Below, in pieces: positions 1-11,930 of a stretch of DNA of 64,000 nucleotides. Source of the stretch: Prorocentrum cordatum (Eukaryota); assembly GCA_963575745.1 (NCBI GenBank), contig CAUYUJ010000121.1:1-64000 (forward strand). Reading direction: 5' to 3'. The notes under the pieces were generated by a model that saw only the letters and a list, made by a program, of their open reading frames with translations, was not told the DNA's origin and did no database searches. Made by a program: the position numbers and the translations under genes. Every line of letters begins with the position of its first letter. Position 1 is the stretch's first letter.

Positions 1-199
1 ATCGGCAAAACACCGAGTCCGAAAACAATCACCAACGGCTATTTTGGTTCAGTTTCAGGCCCCGGGGCCCTCAAAAATCGACCCTGCCCGAAAAATCACG
101 CAGAAAGATTGGGCCCAGGGCTCCGGTCGTATTTTTTTTGCGATGGCGCACCTGTTCTGCAACGTCGGCTCTCAAGGTTTCGTGAGGTCCTCGGGGCCT

Positions 200-372
200 A
201 GCTGCCCCGATACGCAACACGCAGCACGCACCGTGCCGACACGGAGCGCTACACGCAGACTGAAAAACGCAGGCCTTGGCGCGATGCGTTCGCCAAAACA
301 CGTGTTCCAACACGCCGAGCCAACACACAACGTATTGACATGGACGCTTTCAACACGGTACGTGTTGCGTCC
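200..372 (+). repeat. Interspersed repeat family K; second copy 27345-27515
   Basis: GCTGCCCCGATACGCAACACGCA...AACACGGTACGTGTTGCGT at both loci. Confidence 0.7.
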
Positions 373-793
373 CGACACGGGCGTATCGAGGCAGCCAAGA
401 CTCGGGGTGCTTCTGGACGTGTCCTGGTTGGCAGGAGGGGGGATGTCTTCGACCCGCTGTCCAGCCAAAGCAGTGCAAACACTATTCCATCGGCAGTCCC
501 GCTGTCCTCGGCCTTCGAGGGGTCGAGGGGACCTCCTGTCGACCCCAGAGGATCGAGGAGGGAGGCTTCTCGACGTCCTCAGGGTGCTTCTGGACGTGTC
601 CCGGCAGGCAGGCGGAGGCGGCGTGGATGGAGGTTGACAGCCGAATATTCAAACCCACCAGATTGTCCGTCGGCAGAGGACGATTGGGAAGCGAGAAGAG
701 CACCCTTGTCCCCATGAGCCGCGGGATGAGCGGCGCGAGTCCTGCCCAATAGGACTGTCCAGCACCTGAGCCGAGACAGTAGCAGGATAGATG

Positions 794-952
794 TAAGTCG
801 GGCCTGTCCCCCTACAAGGGGATCGTGGGCGAAAAATGAAACATACCCCAACAATACCCCCCAAATGCCCCAAAGCAGTCAAAAACAGTCCCCGGACTGT
901 TTTTTGACTGGCTTTGAATCTTCCCCCCCGTGTACAGGGACAGGCCCGACTT
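794..952. mobile_element. Short TIR element, family A (about 155 bp); other copies 7170-7325, 24304-24462, 25373-25530, 46437-46583, 55374-55528, truncated 56079-56211
   Basis: TIR TTARGTCGGGC(C/A)TGTCCCCCTACA...TGTAGAGGGACAGGCCCGACTTAA with AT-rich core. This copy is flanked by CAGGATAGATG on both sides. Confidence 0.85.
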
Positions 953-1084
953 CAGGATAGATGGAGAGAGAGGTGGCATGAGCGGACTTCACACACGAGG
1001 GGGGAGGGAGGAGGCCCCACCGCTCCCGAGCCCAGGCGCTGGCCTCGGCCCGCCGAGGGGCCGAGAGGGGGCATGCATCCCGAC

Positions 1085-1240
1085 GACCCTCGAGGACCCT
1101 CGAGGACCCTCGAGGATCGAGGACCCTCGAGGATTGAGGATCCTCGAGGACCCTCGAGGACGGAGGCATGCATCTCGACGACCCTCGAGGACCCTCGGGG
1201 ATCGAGGAGGAAGGAGGCCGCCCCACCGAGGATCGAGGAC
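1085..1240. repeat. (CCCTCGAGGA)n 10-bp tandem repeat
   Basis: Directly visible; related TCGAGG/CTCGATC arrays at 23840-23940 and 43740-43820. Confidence 0.85.
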
Positions 1241-1659
1241 AGGCAAGCGCGCTCCACGACTCGCAGGAAGTGACTGCTCGCAGGTGGCCCGGACCCGCCG
1301 CGGGGGAGAGTCGCGGTCCACTACATCGAGGCAGGCAGGTGCTTTTGCCGCCTTTTGCCTGTCGGACGTTTGCGAGTGGGCACTTTGCGGGTTGTGGAAC
1401 GCGACCAATGAGAGGAGGATCAAGGACCGATCGGGGAGGATCGAGGAGACAGGCTTCCTCGCATGCTCTCGGGCGAAACATCGGATGCCCTCTAAGCCCC
1501 TTCGGGCCCGACGGGGGCCCAGCTGGGGGGCCTGCCGGGCGCGTGCAGGGGTCAGGACACCGGGCGGGGGCGCAGCCTGCCACTCCAGAGGTCGCCGTCG
1601 TCGTCCTCCCTTGTGGTCCGCCTCCTCGTCCTCGTCCTCGCCCTCCGTCTCCTTCCCAG

Positions 1660-1937
1660 GATGGGCCTGTTTTCCACCACCACCACCACCACCACCACAA
1701 GTTGAAGGAGGAGGAGGAGGAGGAGGAGGAGGAGGAGGAGGAGGGGGAGCAAGAGAAGGAGGAGGAGGAGGAGGACGAGGAGGAGGAGGAGGAGGACGAG
1801 GAGGAAAAAGAGGAGGAGGAGGCGGAGGAGGACGAGGAGGACCCCTCCCCCTCCAATTTATGGTGGTGGTGGTGGTGGTGGTGGTGGTGGTGGTGGTGGT
1901 GGTGGTGGTGGTGGTGGTGGTGGAAAACAAGCCCATC
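1660..1937. mobile_element. TIR element built around microsatellites; other copies 43388-43565, partial 45690-45866
   Basis: GATGGGCCTGTTTTCC(ACC)n-AAGTTG-(GAG)n-CCCCTCCCCCTCCAATTTAT(GGT)n-GGAAAACAAGCCCATC. Confidence 0.8.
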
Positions 1938-3199
1938 ATCCCATGCCCCCCCCCGTGCTCCTCCAGCGTCGCCCTCGTCCTCGGACCACCACCGCCGCCG
2001 CCTCCGCCTCCCACCTCCCCCAGTCGCCCGCTCGGGCGTCGTCGGAGCGCCCCGCTCCCCTCTCCGCGCCGACCTCCTCGCCCCTCGCGCCTGCCTCGCT
2101 CCTCGCTCCTGCTGCTGGCCGCCCTCCTCCTGAGAGACGAAGGGTTATGCTGAGAAGAAAGGGAAGGGGGCCCAGGGACACACAAAGCAATAGGCACGAA
2201 CCCCTGGGATGCCCGCCTTTTTGTCCACATGTTCTGCGTGCTCGTTCCCCCCCCCCTTCCAATCATTTCCCATCCTTTCCTGGGAGTCGACGATGCAGTG
2301 TGTTTGTGTGTGCCTCTCCCCCTCCTGAAAGGTGCGAGGATCGAGCGAGGAACTTGTTGTGTTCAGGCCCGCGGGGGCGCCGAGGAGGCGGCGCTCGACG
2401 GCGGGGCGCCCGTCCGCAAAACAAAAGCGAGCGGCGGGGCGCAGACGAGAGGCGAGACGGAAAGGCACGGGCGGGCGCGAGAAAGAGAGAGCGAAGCGAG
2501 AGCGAGCAGAGGCTCGGGCCGGGCCAAAGGGGGCGATTAGTGGTGCTCTGAGAATCAGCTCACGTAGCTGCTTTGTTCCCAGCGCCTCCCAGCGCCGGGA
2601 GGCGCCCATGTATCGAGGAATGGGCCCGGCGGCGGGGCCGAAACCAGCTGCACGCAGCAGATTTCGTAATCCCCCCCTTTCCCTATCCCCTCCTTTCGTT
2701 CGGCCCGAGAGGCAGGCGGAGCGCCCGATCGGACCACGATGGCCGGCGCGCGGGGATGAGGAGGAACGTTTGCCGTCGGCGGGGGGGGGAGGCAGTCCGC
2801 ACCAGCGTCTGGGCGAGTCGGGGCAGCCGAGGGCAAACATTGTCCGGCGCGGCAAGAGGGAGGGGCGGAGGCGAGGGGGGGGCGGTGCCGAGGGAGAGAG
2901 CGTGCGGGCTGCGTCCAAGCAGCAGGAGCGAGGAAAAAGCACGTGCACAACCAACACTGTCGGAGGGCCGCGCGGGACTCTTCTTCCTCCTCCCCCTCCT
3001 GCCTCCTCCCCCTCCTCCTCATCCCCCTCCTCCTCCTCCTCCTCCTCCTCCTCCTCCTGCTCCTCCTCCTCCTCCTCCTCCTCCTCCTCCTGCTCCTCCT
3101 CCCCTCCTCCTCCTCCTCCTGCTCTCCTCTCCTCCTCCTCCATCCTCCTCCTTCCTCCTCCTCCTCCTCCTCCTCCTCCTCCTCCTCCTCCTCCTCCTC

Positions 3200-3230
<31 letters not shown>

Positions 3231-3419
3231 TGGCGCGCGGAGCGCGCCGGGGGCGGCGCCGCCAGGCGCACCCAGCGCCGACCCAAGAAGGCCGCGCGGA
3301 GCTCCGGAAGCTTCTGCTTACACCGTTCATGATCCTCGAGAGAGAGAAAGGGAGAGAGAGAGAGAGAGAGGGAGAAAGAGAGAGAGAGAGAGAACAAAAA
3401 AACGATGCGGAGAACTCAC

Positions 3420-4975
3420 ATTCGAATCGATCTGACGCATCGGCGATCGAGGCGAATCGGATCGGCGGGAATCGACAGCCGAGTCGGGAAAATTCGAATC
3501 GGCGCAGGAATTCGGCAGGCTAGTAAGTCTCCACTAAGAAATCGGAATACACATCGGCATCTGGAGACGAGCCGGATCGGAATCGGAAGCCATCGAAATC
3601 CGAAGTCGAATGGAAGCGGACGAATCGTAACGAGCCCTGAAGGTGCTATAGGAGGAGCAGCGAGGAGCGAGGGGGAGAGGGGGAGTGCCCCTCCCCGTGG
3701 CTGCGCGGGTGAAGCGGAGGCCCCGACGCCAGATCTCCGCAATGCTTTTTGGGCGATGTTTGGCAAGGAGGGCGGGAAGGTCCGCCTTACTTTTCCAGCT
3801 CCTCTGACGCCGATCGCCGCCCTACTTTGTAAGCGTTTTCGTATTCGGCGTTTCGACATTGGGCGGAAGGGGGGGAGGGGGACGGGGGGGGCGTCTGGGT
3901 CTGGACCTTTGCTTAGTGCGACTGTTTGCAGCAGTGCGTCCTGTGAGAGCGAGACTCCACCTGGTCGAAACTGGCGCCAAAAAACAGCCAAGATCCACTC
4001 CAAGAGGGGGGAGGGGGGGTGCGAGGGCCCGCGCCGATCGGCACAACAATGAACAAGAAAACGACGATTTTGCCGTCGCTGTTTCCGCCACGCCTCTGCG
4101 CAAATATGCGCCCCACTGCTCTGAGGCGGACCTTATCCCGCTCTCCCTTTTCGAGTCGTTCGGGGTGCATTAAGGACACGGGTTGTAATCGGATGGTCAA
4201 CCAAAATATTATGGTGGATCCGACGTCAGGAAACAAGATTAGTCAACATCGAAACGGGAAATCAGATCGGACCGAAACGGGAGTGCATCGGCACGGAATC
4301 GGAATCCAATCGACTCGGCCGCGACAAGATTCACAACAATGCCATGCAAACATCGGGTCGCATCGGATCGCCCGAAAACCAGAATCGGATCTACTCGAGC
4401 CGGCCACAGGCTGTGGCCCATAGCCGATTTCGAGCCAGATCGATCGGATCGACATGGACCCTGGGGGAGAGGCCGCTTTCGGCTTCGGCCAGCCTCGGCT
4501 TCGGCCCAGTGCGGCTCCGTCGGTCTGTCTCGGCCTCGGACCGGTTTGCGGCTCCGGCCGACTTCTTCGCTAGCAGCCCGAGCCGGCACGGTGCGAGGCC
4601 AAGAGACGCTCCGAGGCCGAACCGGGCCGAGGCCGAGACAGGCCGAGCGCCGAAACGGGCCCGAAGGGGAAGAACAGAGCAGCCCTACACGCCGGGCCCG
4701 GGCACGCTGTGCTGCCCGGCGGGAGGGGACGGGCGAGGGGAGAAGCAGGCAGACGAAGACGAACGCGCAGGCGGGAGGGCAGGGCCCTTGTCCTGGCGGG
4801 GCAGGGGAGAATCGAATCGGCGCGTCGAATCGGCGATCGGAATGAATCGGACCGGCGGAAATCGGCAGCCAAGTCGGGAGGAGTCGAGTCGGCGGAGATC
4901 GGCAGAGCAGTGGGGCCTCCTCGAGACATCGGAGCCCCCACCGGAATCCGAAGTCGAACCGCATCGGCATCGGAC
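3420..4975 (+). repeat. Cluster of ATCGG/ATCGA-rich repeats (3420-3630, 4240-4450, 4808-4975)
   Basis: Shared GATCGGCGG.AATCG.CAGCC.AGTCGGGA and AATCCGAAGTCGAA. Confidence 0.65.
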
Positions 4976-4977
4976 GA

Positions 4978-5189
4978 TATGTGTGTATATAGATATGTAT
5001 GTATTTATGTATGTATGCATGCATGCATGCATGGATGGATGGATGGATGGATGGATGCATGCATGGATGGATGCATGTATGTATGTATGCATGTATGTAT
5101 GTATGCATGTGTATATGTATGTATGAATGTATGTATGCATGCATGCATGCATGTATGTATGTATGTATGTGTGTATGTATGTGTGTATG

Positions 5190-5222
<33 letters not shown>

Positions 5223-5363
5223 TTGTATGTATGTATGTATGTATGTATGTATGTATGTATATATGTATGCATGTATGTATGTATGTATGCATGCATGTAT
5301 GTCTGTCTGTCTGTCTGCCTGTCTGTCTGTCTGTCTGCATGTATGTATGTATGTATGCATGCA

Positions 5364-5398
<35 letters not shown>

Positions 5399-5540
5399 AT
5401 GTATGTATGTATGTATGTATGTATGTGTGTATGTGATGTGTGTATGTATGGTTGTATGTATGTATGTATGTATGTATGTATGTATGTACGTATGTATATA
5501 TATATATGTATGTATGTATGTCTGTGTGTATGAATGTATG

Positions 5541-5574
<34 letters not shown>

Positions 5575-5712
5575 TGTATGTATGTTTGTTTGTATGTATG
5601 TATGTATGTATGTATGTATGTATGTATGTATGTATGTATGTATGTATGTATGTGTGTGTATGTATGTATGTATGTATGTATGTACATATTATATATGTGT
5701 GTATATAGATGT
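4978..5712. repeat. (GTAT)n compound microsatellite with GCAT, GGAT and GTCT blocks
   Basis: Directly visible. Confidence 0.95.
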
Positions 5713-5763
5713 ACATTCGAAATCGAATCGTGCAGCTATCGAATCGGCGGCATCGACGCGAAC

Positions 5764-5837
5764 CGTGGTGGCAGTTGGCCGGCTCCTCCCGCCATGAGCT
5801 CCTCCCCCTCGGCGGGCACGACGTAGCCCCGCACCAC
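5764..5837 (-). CDS. Exon 13: VVRGYVVPAEGEELMAGGAGQLPP(R); gene continues
   Basis: Acceptor cccggag|G, phase 0. Donor tentatively CG|GT; 3' boundary uncertain and next exon not identified. Confidence 0.65.
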
Positions 5838-5950
5838 CTCCGGGGGCGGGCGCCGCGCGGGCGGGCGGCCTGGCCTCGGGCGCCGGGCGGCCGCCATGGG
5901 AGCGCCGCCGCGAGCGCCCGCCCGCCGCGGGGGCTCCCACGAGCGTTGGG

Positions 5951-6511
5951 TCCTCCTCCTCCTCCTCCTCCGCCTCCTCCTCCTCCCTCCTCCTCCTCCT
6001 CCTCCTCCTCCCCTCCTCCTCCCCCTCCTCCTCCTCCTCCCCCTCCTCCTCCTCCCCCTCCTCCGCCCCTCCTCCTCCTCCTCCTCCTCCTCCTCCTCCT
6101 CCTCCTCCTCTCTCCCTCCCCTACCTCCTCCTCCTCCTCTCCCCCTCCTCCTCCTCCTCCCCTCCTCCTCCTCCTCCTCCTCCTCCTCCTCCCCCTCCTC
6201 CTCCTCCTCCTCCTCCTCCTCCTCCTCCTCCTCCTCCTCCTCCTCCTCCTCCTCCTCCTCTCCTCCTCCTCCTCCTCCTCCACTCCTCCTCCGCCTCCTC
6301 CTCCTCCTCCTCCTCCTCCTCCTCCTCCTCCTCCTCCCCCTCCTCCTCCTCCCCTCCTCCTCCTCCTCCTCCTACCTCCTCTCCTCCTCCCCCTCCTCCT
6401 CCTCCTCCCTCCTCCTCCATCCCCCCTCCCTCCTCCTCCTCCTCCTCCTCCTCCTCCTCCTCCTCCTCCTCCTCCTCCTCCTCCTCTCCTCCTCCTCCTC
6501 CTCCTCCTCCT
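5951..6511. repeat. (CCT)n microsatellite, the largest of many (others at 2985-3225, 8430-8700, 11040-11300, 40838-41190, 51960-52212)
   Basis: Directly visible. Confidence 0.95.
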
Positions 6512-7404
6512 GCGCCGCCGCGAGCGCACGCCCCCCGCCGCTCGCACGTCCTCCCGCAGGCGGATCTGGGAAGGAGACGGCAGGATCAACGGATGCTCCC
6601 AAAAAGAATCGGAGCAGGACGAAAAGTCGTCCCCGGACGATTTCTGCTCACTGCTCTTGAATGCTCTCCCCGCGGGGGGACGTGGCCGACTTCACACGAG
6701 CGGTCTGAGCCCTGCGGCGGGGGGCCTCCGACGGGGAGCGAGGCCGGCCTCCTTGCCTCAAACAACACAGACCGGCAGAGACATGTCGCCGCGCCAGTTC
6801 TTCTGAGCGCGCCCAAGTAGACGAAGTCGGCGCTGCGGTGAAACCCACGACGCACCCTGCGTCCGAGGCGGAGTTGGCCTGGGTGGCAGAGGCGCGCCCC
6901 CACGGACGCAAGACTGCGCATCGGAACAAACGGCGCGGCGACACGTAGATTCCCGGACGTGCGCGCGGATTTCTCAGATCGGCGCTAGAGCCACCTGGTG
7001 GGGCATCCGGCACCGCCCCTGACGCGCTCCGCGCGCCAGGGAGGGGGGCCCAGCGCCGATCTCAGAGATCCGCGCGGACCTCCGAACGTGAATGTTTGTG
7101 CCATTTCTTGTTACAGTATCTGCTTCTCCTGGTGATGAAAGCTGCCAGCTTCCCAACTCGTGACTAGTGTTAGGTCGGGCATGTCCTCCTACAGGCGGAT
7201 TTTCGAAGAACCCCCAAAAATATCCAAACGTACTCAAAAATCAAAAGAGCACGAAAAATCGCACCCGACGATTTTTTGTCACGATTCTTGAATACTCCTC
7301 CTGCTGAGGGACATGCCCTGCTTAAGACTCGTGGTACGGGAACTCCGCCATGCTAGAACAGGCCGGCGAGGAAGACGAGAACAGGGGGGAGAGAACGAGA
7401 AAGG

Positions 7405-7436
<32 letters not shown>

Positions 7437-7614
7437 CGGGAGAGACACTGCGGACTGAGATGCGAGATGCCCAATGCGGCCGACCAGCGGCTGGCACGCG
7501 GCACGGGCGGCACGAGCGCGGCACACGCGGCAGCGGCTGCACGAGCGCGGCCAGCCACGCAGGAGGAGCCAACATGTCCTCCGCAAGCCGCTCCCGTACA
7601 GCATGAGGGGACCA

Positions 7615-7832
7615 ACCGAACCGAGAACCGAGAACCATGACCGGACGGAGAACCGAGAACCATGACCGGACCGGACCGAACCAAATCAAAACAGGAAAAA
7701 TACAAACCGAACCGGACCGAACCGAATTCACTCAGAACCGAACCAGGGGGAACCAAACCGAAGCAGAACCGGAACCGGACCGGAACCGAACTGGAACTGG
7801 GCGGCTCCCGAACCGAACCGACGGGAACCGAG
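7615..7832. repeat. (AACCG/GACCG)-based degenerate repeat
   Basis: GAACCG, AACCGG and GGACC units. Confidence 0.8.
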
Positions 7833-8661
7833 CTGGACGTCCCAACCCAGCCCACACAGGACCGCAAGACGACGACCTCCCGCCTTGCAAGCGGATGGTG
7901 TCGCTCCGCTCCGCGGGACTGGAGGCTGAGCAAGGCTAAGGGCACGGCACGTTGACCACGGTCCGGGGACCGGGGCGTGGTCAGCGTGCCGTGCCGAGGC
8001 GTGGTGGACCAGAACCGGCAGAGCGACACGGTAACCGGAAGCTCCCGACTGTAGTCGCAGAGTTACAGAACAACCTGCATAAACAGAAGCGCTTGAAGGT
8101 GGGGTCCGGGGTCCAGCGAAGCTCCGACAAATCCGCGCGGAGCTCCGAACGTTCAGTTCTCGCAGAGCTTTCTCATTCGAAGCATGCCTTCAGGAGCGCC
8201 TCCGTCTCCGAGAGTGCCTCGTCTCCGCCGACGAGGAGGAGGAGGAGGAGGATTGAGAAGAAAAAAGGAAAAGGAAGAGGAACAAAAATGGGTACTGCGA
8301 GGGTTGGCTACGTGCCGCGCACACCCGGCGCCCGCCACATTACTGCGAGGTGCCTAGGGGCCCGCACACCTGGATGATCGGTACCGCCATCCTCATTCTG
8401 CCCGCCTTCGCCAAACTTTCCAGTGCCACCCATCCTCCTCCTCCTCCTCCTCCTCCTCCTCCTCCTCCTCCTCCTCCTCCTCCTCCATCTCCTCCTCCTC
8501 CTCCTCCTCCTACTCCTCCTGCCTTTCCTTCTCCTCCTCCTCCGCATCCTCCTCCTCCTCCTCCTCCATCCCTCCTCCTCCTCCCCCTCCTCTCTCTTCA
8601 CACTCCCTCTTCTTCTTCCTCCTCCTCCTCATCCTTCTCCTCTCTCTTCACACTCCCTCTC

Positions 8662-8692
<31 letters not shown>

Positions 8693-10225
8693 CTCCATTC
8701 CTTCTACTTATAGTTAACTTATCCCTGTCGCATCCCGAGGCAAGTTTTTAGGGCGGGCCGGGGGGTTCGCCTGAGACTTCCTCACCATTTCTACTTATGA
8801 AGCCTAAACAATGACAACAGATCCACAGATGGACGGCGGGTCGTTTTCAAAATAATGTGACTCTCGTCTTAGCACCGCGCACATTCGTTTTAGAAAGTTG
8901 CGAGAGTGTCACGGATTGAGGGCGGGTCCGTTTCACAATGTGGCTCTCGCCTTAGCGCCGCGCACATTCGTTTTAAACACTGCAAGAGTTTCACGGATTG
9001 AGGGCGGGTCGTTTTCAAAATGTAGCTCTCGCCTGAGCGCCGCGCACATTCGTTGTACACATTGTAAGAGTTTCACGGTTTTCCATCATCGACGTAAAAT
9101 GGCGTTCTGGAAGGATTCAGGATTATTCGGGCGCAACAGTTATGTTGATTCGCGGTGTTGAAATCCCGGAGATGGCGTTATGGTACGATTCCGGATCGTC
9201 AAGACGCAGCAGTCAGGTTGATACGTGGCGTTGGAATCCCAGGAGCAATGTTCTGGCATGCTTCAGGATCTTCAATCGGTTGTCTTCAAACGAGGCAGTT
9301 CCCTCAATGGAAATGAACCGTTGTGGGGGCCTGTGAAGAGGGAGCTTGGAGGGAAGATTAATTCCAACACCGTTGATGACTCTTGGGTTTACACTGGTCC
9401 TCCTCCTCCTCCTCCCCTCCTCCTCAAACTCCCTCCTCCTCATCCTGCTCCTCCTCCCTCTGTCTACCCTCGTCTTCTTGAGAAAAAAACGACGGCCGAA
9501 GGCTCTGCTCTGCTCACGGCCTCTCCTCAGGCCCGCCGAGCCTGGCTGCCGCTCACCGCCACCGCGAGGAGACGACGAGGAGCTCGGAGTCCCAACCAGC
9601 GCCCGGCACCAACGAGGGGGCCACATGCGAACACCGCCCCTGCCCCCCACGATTTCTGACGGGGGAGGCCTGGGTTCACTTCGCTCGGGCCCCCGACCGA
9701 CCTGCCCGCAGACCCGCAGACTCTGACGCCCTCAATGGGGCCGCCTGGCACCGAGCCGCTGAGCGGGGTGGGGGGAGCCCCCGGCGTGCGAGGGACATCC
9801 TTCGGAGGCCGACCCCGGGGGCATCCCGAGGCCGCCCTCTCTCCAGGGGTCCCCCATATTGGGGCCCGAGCAGACGGGGCCGGAAGAGCGCGCCGCCTTT
9901 GCAAACGCGTCGGCGAGGCATCGCCGACGTCGGCGACGCATAGGCGACGTCGGTGTGCAGAACATCGGGCCCCACGTCGAGCCGCCTCGCCGATGCATCG
10001 GCGATGCGGCGCGATCCTCCGACCCCTATCTACTCCGCCCCCGTCTAGAAGGCCTGGACTCTCTCTCTCTCTCTCGCTCTCTCTCTCTTACTCTCCCGGG
10101 AGAACGCCCTGCTCGCTGGGTCGTTCTTGACACCTCTCTTGGCGGCGCGCAAGTAGGGGGCCGGGGTGAGGGGGGAGTACATGCATCCCTGCTGGGAGTT
10201 GAAACCTGTGGGATAAGAACATGGA

Positions 10226-10443
10226 GGCCTCCTCGATGGGGTCCGAGTAGACGGGGTCGGAGGATCTCGCCGCACCGCCGATACGTCGGCGATACATCGG
10301 CTATGTACTGGCGACGTCGGCGATGCATCGGCGACGTAGGTGTGCAGAAAATCGGGCCCCACATCGAGCCGCATCGTCGATGCATCGGCGATGCGGCGCG
10401 ATCCTCCGACCCCGTATACTGCGCCCCCATCTAGAAGGTCTAG
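10226..10443. mobile_element. TIR element, family G; other copies about 9855-10056, 14027-14268, partial 23740-23835
   Basis: GGCCTCCT(A/C)GATGGGGTC...CCCCATCTAGAAGG, internal CGATGCATCG repeats, perfect 10-bp flanking repeat AGAACATGGA. Confidence 0.8.
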
Positions 10444-11340
10444 AGAACATGGACGTCACTCCACGCGTGTTCTTTGACTGTGGTCCAGGGTCCAGGTCCA
10501 GACGAACACTCGACGAAGAGCGGAAGCTCGCAGAAAACGCCCAGGGTCCAGTCCAGCTTCTTGATTCAGTGAAACGAGATCTGGACTACACGAACGCGTA
10601 TGCTTCTGCTTTCCTGACCGGCGTATCGGTGCACAAGAGGCCAGGGGTGCTTCCTGCCCAGGGGCCCGCAGGGCTCTCCAGAAGGCTCCCCGGACAGGCA
10701 GGAGGGTTCCTCAGAGGCGGGGTTGGGCTCGTGGAACAGTGGCGCCCCCGCCTCGGCCCCGCGCCCTTCCGAACGCCGCCCCCCTCTCGAGGCATCGGGG
10801 CGCGTGGCGACCCCCCAAATCCCCCACTTTGCGGCTTTCCGAGTGGACTCTCAAAGCTTGGGGCCAAACTCGGAGACAGAACGACGGGGGGGTATCCTCG
10901 ACAGGGGTGCGTCCCAGCAGCCCCCCCCCTCGGATTTGTTCCCAGTGGTTTCTGTATCTTATTTGTTCTGAACGGCCAATCGTTTTGTGTAAGGGCGAGG
11001 GTGTTCGGGGACTTGGGGTGACATAATCGTGTGACGAAGAGGAAAAGGTGGAGGAGGAGAGGAGGAGGAAGAGGAGGAGGACGAGGGGAGGAGGAGGAGG
11101 AGGAGGAGGAGGAGGAGGAGGAGGAGGAGGAGGAGGAGGAGGAGGATTCGAGGAGGAGGGTTCGAGGAAGACTGGAGGTGGAGGATTGGAGGAGGACGAG
11201 GAGGAAGAGGACTGGAGGAAGGATGAGGAGGAGGAGGGGAACGAGAATGAGGAGGAGGAGGAGGAGGAGGAGGGGGAGGAGGGGAGGAGAGGAGGAGGAG
11301 GAGGGATTGGACCATGCCTCGGGGGCCGCGGCGATGCCGC

Positions 11341-11430
11341 CTCGGCCAGGGGGCGGTCCCCGAACTCGGCGCCGAGCGACGCGCGGAAGGCGCGGGAGTT
11401 GTTGAGCACGTTGCTGGTGATGGGCGGCGC
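11341..11430 (-). CDS. Exon 12: APPITSNVLNNSRAFRASLGAEFGDRPLAE
   Basis: Acceptor gcgcccag|G, donor GAG|GC, 90 nt, phase 0-0, very high GC3. Confidence 0.85.
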
Positions 11431-11864
11431 CTGGGCGCCCGGTCCCCCAAGCCCCCAAGATCTCGGAGGTTAGTACTGCCTCTGGGCTGCCAACCCGTCA
11501 CGGGGGGGCCTCAAGAGATCCTCTGCTCCTCCCCCGCCCTCCTCCTCCTCTCCTCCTCCTCCTCCTCCTCCTCCTCCTCCTCCTCCTCCTCCTCCTCCTC
11601 CTCTCCTCCTCCTCCTCCTCCTCCTCCTCCTCCTCCCCCTCCTCCTCCTCCCCCTCCTCCTGTGCCTCTGGGCCTGTTTCGCGGCTGGGCCAAGCAGCCG
11701 CTGAACACGGGCTGCTCTCGGCAGGCATCGAGCGGCGGAGGCCCATGCCTCCGCCTCGCCCGGCGGGCGCCCATATCGAGCGACGGAGGCCCGTGCCTCC
11801 GCCTCGCCCGGCGAAGTACCGCGATCGAACGTCGGCGTGGGTACGGAGAGACTGGGCACGATGC

Positions 11865-11930
11865 CCAGCAGCGGTTCCTGCCCGTCCTGAGCAAGACGCT
11901 CGCGGTCTGCGCCGCCGCGGACGCTGCTCC
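11865..11930 (-). CDS. Exon 11: GAASAAAQTASVLLRTGRNRCW
   Basis: Acceptor cttctcttgtcttcag|G, donor TGG|GC, 66 nt, phase 0-0. Confidence 0.7.

Noticed and set aside
879..6806. Long ORFs rich in poly-Pro/Ser/Leu/Glu/Arg/Gly or YIHT repeats (also 40256-41971, 43067-44483, 63073-63820)
   Set aside because: Translations of (CCT)n, (GTAT)n and (CAT)n microsatellites, open in several frames on both strands.
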